A stretch of 32,000 nt of DNA from contig CAZETV010000002.1 in NCBI GenBank assembly GCA_964514965.1, positions 1-32,000 of the forward strand, read 5' to 3'. The notes under the pieces were generated by a model. That model did no database searches, had not been told where the DNA came from, and saw only the letters and a list, made by a program, of their open reading frames with translations. This document shows positions 26,760 through 32,000 of this stretch, one piece after another. Within the stretch, counting starts at the first letter, position 1, and each line of letters opens with the position of its first letter. This DNA comes from Candidatus Hadarchaeota archaeon (GTDB taxonomy: Archaea > Hadarchaeota > Hadarchaeia > Hadarchaeales > Hadarchaeaceae). Both the position numbers and the translations under genes were made by a program.

Positions 26760-27611
26760 TCATCGTTTGCGCTTGAATTCGATGAATAGTTTTCGCATCT
26801 CCTCGCGCGGCATTTCATAACTGTGCTTCAATGTCGGAAATTTGCCAGTCTTGACTTCCCGTTTAAAATCCCCCAGTGCTTTCATCACCGCATCGTCGAG
26901 CTTTGTATAGCGCTTGACGAACTTCGGTACGCTAGGGCCAGTTAAGCCGAGCAAATCATGGATCACGAGCACTTGGCCGTCACAGTAGGGTCCCGCACCG
27001 ATTCCTATCGTGGGAACCTCTATCTTTTCGGTGATGAGCTTCGCCAGCTGCCAGGGAATGCATTCAATCACCAAGCTGAACACCCCCGCCCGCTCCAACC
27101 TTTGCGCGTCCTTGAGAATTGCATATGCGTTGGACTTGGTTTTTCCGCGAACCTTAAAACCGCCGAACTGATGAACCCACTGGGGTGTCAGGCCGAGGTG
27201 CCCCATGACCGGGATACCTGACTGGATGATTGCTTTAACTTTTTTGACCATGCCGAGGCCGCCCTCCACCTTCACAGCTTCTGCGTGGCCCTCTTTTATG
27301 AAGCGGCCGGCGTTCCTAATTGCATCCTCCACGCTCGCTTGGTATGACATAAATGGCATATCACCGACCACTAGGGCGTGTTTCACTGCCCTCGTTACTG
27401 CTTTCGTGTGGTGGATCATCTCGTCCATGGAGACGGCAAGTGTATCTTTATAACCGAGCATGACGTTGGCTAATGAGTCCCCGACCAAGATTGCGTCTCC
27501 TCCCGCCTCGTCTACCATGCGGGCGGTTGGATAGTCATATGCCGCCAACATGACCACGCGTTCACCGCGGTCTTTCATTTCCCGAATGACGGTCGTCGTG
27601 ATTTTCTCCAT
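26760..27611 (-). CDS. panB: 3-methyl-2-oxobutanoate hydroxymethyltransferase
   Basis: MLAAYDYPTARMVDEAGGDAILVGDSLANVMLGYKDT; MPFMSYQ; PVMGHLGLTPQ; PTIGIGAGPYCDGQVLVIHDLLG; start at the MEKITTTVIREMK methionine. Confidence 0.93.
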   Translation of the reverse strand: MEKITTTVIREMKDRGERVVMLAAYDYPTARMVDEAGGDAILVGDSLANVMLGYKDTLAVSMDEMIHHTKAVTRAVKHALVVGDMPFMSYQASVEDAIRNAGRFIKEGHAEAVKVEGGLGMVKKVKAIIQSGIPVMGHLGLTPQWVHQFGGFKVRGKTKSNAYAILKDAQRLERAGVFSLVIECIPWQLAKLITEKIEVPTIGIGAGPYCDGQVLVIHDLLGLTGPSVPKFVKRYTKLDDAVMKALGDFKREVKTGKFPTLKHSYEMPREEMRKLFIEFKRKR

Positions 27612-27748
27612 CTTTGATTCCTCAAATCGTTCACATGTAAGTTGGTAACATCGAATAAAAAAACTGCGGCTGGAACCCAACCACAAACATATTTTTTGCC
27701 AACAGGTGTATTTACATCCAGATTTAACTTTTTTCTTCTAAGCGATTT

Positions 27749-28522
27749 TCACAGGTCGCGGACGAGTTTTAGGGTATTTTTATGAACCCTCCCGTTGGAA
27801 AAGACTAAGTCAGACTTTTCAGTCTTCCATACTCGGCCCCTGAAATCGGTGACCTTGCCTCCAGCCTCTCGAACCAACAGCACACCGGCAGCGACATCCC
27901 AAGGTTCGATCTCTGTGGTGATGTAGGCGTCTCCCCTCCCGCAGGCGACCCATGCGGACTCCAAGCCAGCCGAGCCCAACTTTCGGAGATCCCTCACCTT
28001 TGGATAAATCGCGCCGTTTATCTCGCTTGTCCTAAGCCTGTTTTTTTCTCCCCCTTCACAGGAGTAGACGTAACATTTCCCCAGCTTCTCAGTGGTGGAA
28101 ACCGAAATTCTCTCTCGGTTTAAGAAAGCGCCCTTATCCTTTTCCGCGATGTAGAGCTCGTTAATGGTTGGGGCATAGGTTACCCCCAAGATAGGCTCGT
28201 TTTTCCTCAAGAGTGCGAGGGTCACGCAATAGAGCGGGTTGCCGGAGGCGAAATTCACCGTTCCATCGAGCGGGTCAACTATCCACGTGTATTCGGAGTT
28301 TCTGTTGATAACCCCGCTCTCCTCGGTCCAGATATTGTAAGCCGGGTATTTTTCCGAGATGGTCTTGACAATCAATTTATCTGATTTCTTGTCGTGCTCT
28401 GTGATGATCCCCTTAACTGTTTTACGGAGGCTGAGCAGCTTCCGATCCTTCCTGAAGTAGGCGGCCAACTCTTTCCCTGCTTGCGTGGCCAGTTCGACAG
28501 CAAATTTTTGATCTGATCCCAT
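27749..28522 (-). CDS. Inositol monophosphatase / archaeal FBPase IV-like phosphatase
   Basis: YNIWTEESG; WIVDPLDGTVNFASGNPLYCVTLAL; EPWDVAAGVLLVREAGG. Confidence 0.9.
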   Translation of the reverse strand: MGSDQKFAVELATQAGKELAAYFRKDRKLLSLRKTVKGIITEHDKKSDKLIVKTISEKYPAYNIWTEESGVINRNSEYTWIVDPLDGTVNFASGNPLYCVTLALLRKNEPILGVTYAPTINELYIAEKDKGAFLNRERISVSTTEKLGKCYVYSCEGGEKNRLRTSEINGAIYPKVRDLRKLGSAGLESAWVACGRGDAYITTEIEPWDVAAGVLLVREAGGKVTDFRGRVWKTEKSDLVFSNGRVHKNTLKLVRDL

Positions 28523-28671
28523 TTTGCCATGCTCCCTGCTAGCCTAACATTTACCAAAACTAGATGATTGTACTTCCTCTAAAACTTTGCACGTTCTACT
28601 TTTGCAGTGAGGGCGAACTGCATTGGACTATCCCAATTGCAGCCCACATTTTTTAATATTCAGTATATACT

Positions 28672-28706
28672 TAATTTTCAGAAAAGTTTAAATACTCTGA
28701 AAATTA
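28672..28706 (+). promoter_or_regulatory. Perfect 11-bp inverted repeat enclosing a TATA-like box upstream of the AbrB-like gene; candidate operator
   Basis: TAATTTTCAGA-aaagtttaaatac-TCTGAAAATTA; TTTAAATA in the 13-nt spacer; ATG at 28728. Confidence 0.8.
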
Positions 28707-28727
28707 GTACTTGACAGGTGATACGAA

Positions 28728-29000
28728 ATGCCCAAGAAAGGGTCTTACCACGTGCCGACGAACGAGGAAACCGGCTGCTGTAAAGCTGAGTCATTAATAA
28801 CAGTAGATGGACGGGGACAGATGGTGCTTCCCAAAGAGATAAGGGACAGGGCAAAAATTCGTCCAGGTGATAAACTAGCCATTGTAAGCTTGGAAAAAGA
28901 CGGGGAAATATATTACATCTATTTAATTAAAGCTGAGAAAATCGCAGAAATGTGTAAGAGTTTACTCGGCCCCGTGATGAAAGAAATAATCTCAAAATGA
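28728..29000 (+). CDS. AbrB/SpoVT-domain protein with N-terminal Cys pair (HgcAB-associated-like)
   Basis: EETGCCKAESLITVDGRGQMVLPKEIRDRAKIRPGDKLAIVSLEKDG; directly upstream of an ArsM-like gene. Confidence 0.8.
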   Translation: MPKKGSYHVPTNEETGCCKAESLITVDGRGQMVLPKEIRDRAKIRPGDKLAIVSLEKDGEIYYIYLIKAEKIAEMCKSLLGPVMKEIISK

Positions 29001-29031
29001 TGATGGCAAATAACTCTGGAGATGACCAAGA

Positions 29032-29862
29032 ATGAATAATGAAAAAATAAAGAAACCCGTAAGGGAATACTACGCTAAAGTAGCGAAACAGAGCTGCTCA
29101 TGCTACATCCCTGTAAAATCGCAGTGCGGTGTGTGTGGCTCAACACAGGATATGATGGGGTACACCGATGAAGAACTTAAAGGAGTCCCTGAAGGTTCAA
29201 TTTTGGAACTTGGTATTGGAAACCCTGTTGCCCCCGCGTCTTTAAGAAAAGAGGAGATAGTCCTTGACCTTGGTTCAGGCGCAGGACGTGATTGTTTTAT
29301 CGCCGCCAACAAAGTTGGTAAGAGTGGAAGAGTTATCGGCGTAGATATGACACCAGAGATGATCGACAGAGCAAGAAAAAACGCGGAGAAGAGTAACTAC
29401 AAAAATGTTGAGTTCAGGCTCGGAGAAATCGAAAACCTACCGGTTGCCGACAATTCCGTTGACGTAGTCATCTCAAATTGCGTTATCAACCTTGTGCCTG
29501 ACAAAAGAAGGGTCTTAAGGGAGATGTTCAGAGTGATGAAGCCTGGAGGAAGGTTCGTAATCTCAGATGTAATTCTGCTGAAGGAACTTCCCGATTTCGT
29601 GAAGAACTCTGTTGAGGCATATGCTAGTTGTCTTGCGGGAGCGGTCATGAAGAACGAATTTATGGAAGCGATAAATGCAGCGGGCTTTCAGGACGTTAAA
29701 GTGATCGACGAGGTATCATCCCTTACGGAGAGTGTGCTCGACCATCCAACCGCAAAGACAATCATCACAAATTCCAAAATACCACTTAAAAAAGTAAAAG
29801 ATATGGTAATCTCTGCTGGAAGAATAAGAGTTTACGGTGTTAAACCAAACGACAAAATTTAA
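29032..29862 (+). CDS. ArsM-like arsenite/metalloid S-adenosylmethionine methyltransferase
   Basis: VREYYAKVAKQSCSC; VLDLGSGAGRDCFIAANKVGKSGRVIGVDMTPEMIDRAR; VVISNCVINLVPDKRRVLREMFRVMKPGGRFVISDV; ASCLAGAV. Confidence 0.82.
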   Translation: MNNEKIKKPVREYYAKVAKQSCSCYIPVKSQCGVCGSTQDMMGYTDEELKGVPEGSILELGIGNPVAPASLRKEEIVLDLGSGAGRDCFIAANKVGKSGRVIGVDMTPEMIDRARKNAEKSNYKNVEFRLGEIENLPVADNSVDVVISNCVINLVPDKRRVLREMFRVMKPGGRFVISDVILLKELPDFVKNSVEAYASCLAGAVMKNEFMEAINAAGFQDVKVIDEVSSLTESVLDHPTAKTIITNSKIPLKKVKDMVISAGRIRVYGVKPNDKI

Positions 29863-29871
29863 ACTAAATCT

Positions 29872-30996
29872 TTAACGCTTACTCAGAAACTCCTGCCCTT
29901 CGACTTCCTTGAGCTTCGCAGGCATGTATTCATTGACCACATACGCCAAGCCGTACTTCGCGAAAGCCTGCTGCTCTGCTTTTCTCCCGAGCTCGAGCAT
30001 CTTCTTGATTTCGGACTGCCAGAACTCGGTGTTGTAGCGCGGGTCCTTAAGCAGCTGCTTTAGACGCGCGATATCGAGCTCGCGTAGTTTGTCGGTCGGG
30101 AGCTTGTAGTTAACGATATCGCTCGCTGTGACTCCCAAGTACTTCGCGTCTGGAACCGCCAGCTCGTGGTTGATGTAGGCAAGCTTCGCGCTGCCAGAGA
30201 TAATCACCATTGCGATATGAAAGCCGAAAGGATCTCCATCACAGTTCAGGTATACCGGTAGCCCCAGCTCCTCGTTTGCCTTCTTAAGGAACCGTCTAGT
30301 CGCGCGAGCTGCCTGACCCTTGAGCCCGACTATCAGCGCGTCGAACTTCTTCCACGCTTGTTCCTGCACGAGACGGTGGTACATACCCATGGTCTCAACC
30401 GCGATCACTTGCTTCGCTTTGCACTTGATGAATTCAACATCGTCTATGGTCGGCGGGATGGTGTACCCTGCACGTCCTGCCTTGGTCGCGTCTATTACAA
30501 CTCCATCTTCGTCGACCACCAGCTTACCATAGACTGCTGCTCCATCTTCTTCGGGAGTCAAGCCCAAATCTTCGCGCTTGAGACTGAAGGCCGCCTCTAA
30601 ATCCTCTATGATTGCGTCAGATTCTCCTTGATCATAGAATGGACCAACCTCCCAACCCTCGGCTGTATAATACATCTCCCTGAGGGTCGCGAATTTCCCT
30701 TGTTCGATGAGTTCCTTCGCGAAGTCAGCCGTGCATAAAAGTTGAGCGAATTTCTTCACCTGTTTCATACTCCCTGCTGAGCGCACTCCCCAGCGCGGTC
30801 CGAGCACGAAGTACCGGTGGGAATTGTCATAGATGATGTTAGAGGTGCTTCGCGAGGGGATTTTTAACTTGGGAGGGTGGGCATTCGTAATATCATTCAC
30901 TACATCTTGACCCATATCGGTGAGCTTTTTTGACGCCTTCTGCCTGTGCCCCTGCCCCCGCGCTGTTTTAACTTTCTTCGGCATTATCGACACCAC
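29872..30996 (-). CDS. top6A: DNA topoisomerase VI subunit A (real start probably the second Met)
   Basis: [32 protein letters not shown] catalytic Tyr region; [23 protein letters not shown]. Confidence 0.93.
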   Translation of the reverse strand: MVSIMPKKVKTARGQGHRQKASKKLTDMGQDVVNDITNAHPPKLKIPSRSTSNIIYDNSHRYFVLGPRWGVRSAGSMKQVKKFAQLLCTADFAKELIEQGKFATLREMYYTAEGWEVGPFYDQGESDAIIEDLEAAFSLKREDLGLTPEEDGAAVYGKLVVDEDGVVIDATKAGRAGYTIPPTIDDVEFIKCKAKQVIAVETMGMYHRLVQEQAWKKFDALIVGLKGQAARATRRFLKKANEELGLPVYLNCDGDPFGFHIAMVIISGSAKLAYINHELAVPDAKYLGVTASDIVNYKLPTDKLRELDIARLKQLLKDPRYNTEFWQSEIKKMLELGRKAEQQAFAKYGLAYVVNEYMPAKLKEVEGQEFLSKR

Positions 30997-32000
30997 TTAC
31001 CTTTTTCAATAAAGGTTTAATATCCGGTTCCTTCACCCTTGCTAAACTCGCGGCCTTTTGAGCAATTATCGGCAAGTACCGCTCGAACACCCCCGCTCGC
31101 TCCTGTCGCTCCTTAATCTTTATCTTTCGATAGAGGAACTTTCTGAGTTCGCGCGCAACCTCCATAATCGCTGTTCTTATTTCATCCAAGACTTCCGGCT
31201 CATCGGCTATCGACTGCTTGCCCGCCGATGTGTAGGGAACGTAGGCCGAGGCGACGTTCACGAAAAGGGTTAATTGGGCCGTCGCTGGGTCGACCCCATA
31301 GCGGCGCCAATCGATGTTCCGCATAGCCGTAGTTATCGCACACCCGCCTTGATCGAAGATGAGGGGCGCGCGATTAGCAAATCGTATCAATTCCATCCCG
31401 GCTTCGCCTTCATCATTCCCTGTTGTTTTGCCAGCACTTCCACCATATGCGATACCAGCTTCGACTATGAATGGTAAACCACCGCGGTATACCTTCGGGG
31501 GACGATTGATCGCGTGGACGAACTCAGGGTTCAGAATCTGCTTCATGCCACTCTCGATGTCGGCTGCCCCTATCGGTCGTAGTCCAGATGTGGGTGGTGC
31601 ATACAGCTTGACCTGTTTGAAAGCGGAAACTATGCGCTCAGCCTCTTCCCATATCAGTTCGGAAGGTTTCTTGTTAAGGGGGAGGTTAACAAGCTTGCAT
31701 ACCTCTTCAGCTTTTCGCTTACTCACTCGGGATAGCTCTGCCGCGAGGAAACTGACAACGTTCCGGCTTTTGGTATGTTTCGCCAGGATCAACAAATCAT
31801 CAGACATTATGCCCCACGGGTGGAGCGGCATGGGTTTTGGGCGCTCAGGAACTTTTTCGGTGGCGGGTTCTAAAATGGTGAGTGTTCCATCAGGCTCAAT
31901 GAAGGTTATATGGACATGGGGGTTTGCTATGGCGGTCATTCGTAAGTAGTTGTATGGGCCATAGCGAGAGCGCATGTAAGCGACATCCTTTACTTCGACT
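30968..32000 (-). CDS. top6B: DNA topoisomerase VI subunit B, C-terminal part; frame stays open to the window edge
   Basis: [30 protein letters not shown]; [15 protein letters not shown]-type motif; [12 protein letters not shown]; [20 protein letters not shown]. Confidence 0.92.
   Translation of the reverse strand, partial: VEVKDVAYMRSRYGPYNYLRMTAIANPHVHITFIEPDGTLTILEPATEKVPERPKPMPLHPWGIMSDDLLILAKHTKSRNVVSFLAAELSRVSKRKAEEVCKLVNLPLNKKPSELIWEEAERIVSAFKQVKLYAPPTSGLRPIGAADIESGMKQILNPEFVHAINRPPKVYRGGLPFIVEAGIAYGGSAGKTTGNDEGEAGMELIRFANRAPLIFDQGGCAITTAMRNIDWRRYGVDPATAQLTLFVNVASAYVPYTSAGKQSIADEPEVLDEIRTAIMEVARELRKFLYRKIKIKERQERAGVFERYLPIIAQKAASLARVKEPDIKPLLKKVSGVDNAEES

Noticed and set aside
1-32000. 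CRISPR array or Cas-type defence genes
   Set aside because: No regularly spaced direct repeats and no Cas-like motifs were seen on reading the window.

Overview
Archaeal chromosomal segment; all calls are from reading translated motifs, with no database search. It contains: (1) a near-contiguous shikimate/Phe/Tyr cluster in two divergent operons (about 0.25-9.75 kb), using the archaeal ADTH-synthase/DHQ-synthase-II entry and a GHMP-type shikimate kinase; (2) an information-processing block (DUF424-like, aIF2-beta, RPA-like OB-fold protein, Cgi121); (3) a PhoU/TrkA-C tandem-duplicate protein next to two MgtE-type half transporters; (4) a metallophosphoesterase and an AT-rich, gene-poor stretch; (5) an apparent accessory islet (about 15.9-21.0 kb) encoding a COG0701-type permease, a P3A-like P-type ATPase, three tandem small thioredoxin-fold proteins with graded CxxC motifs and an ArsR-type regulator with a CVC motif. 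The islet is flanked by an intact tRNA-Leu(CAA) gene at one end and a diverged copy of the tRNA 3' end at the other. Two near-identical TTCAAATAA(N2)TTGAAAT imperfect palindromes sit just downstream of TATA-like boxes before the permease and before the first thioredoxin gene, which suggests an ArsR-type regulon. The tRNA-Leu gene carries a 15-nt insertion in the anticodon stem, likely a non-canonical intron; (6) M28 peptidase, MJ0936-like phosphodiesterase, PiT permease, DUF47, Nob1, NAD kinase, aIF5A, PanB, IMPase, a Cys-rich AbrB-like protein, an ArsM-like methyltransferase and topoisomerase VI A/B. A 54-aa histone-like mini-protein gene missing from the ORF track lies at 26524-26688 (minus). 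No CRISPR array, rRNA or integrase was seen.
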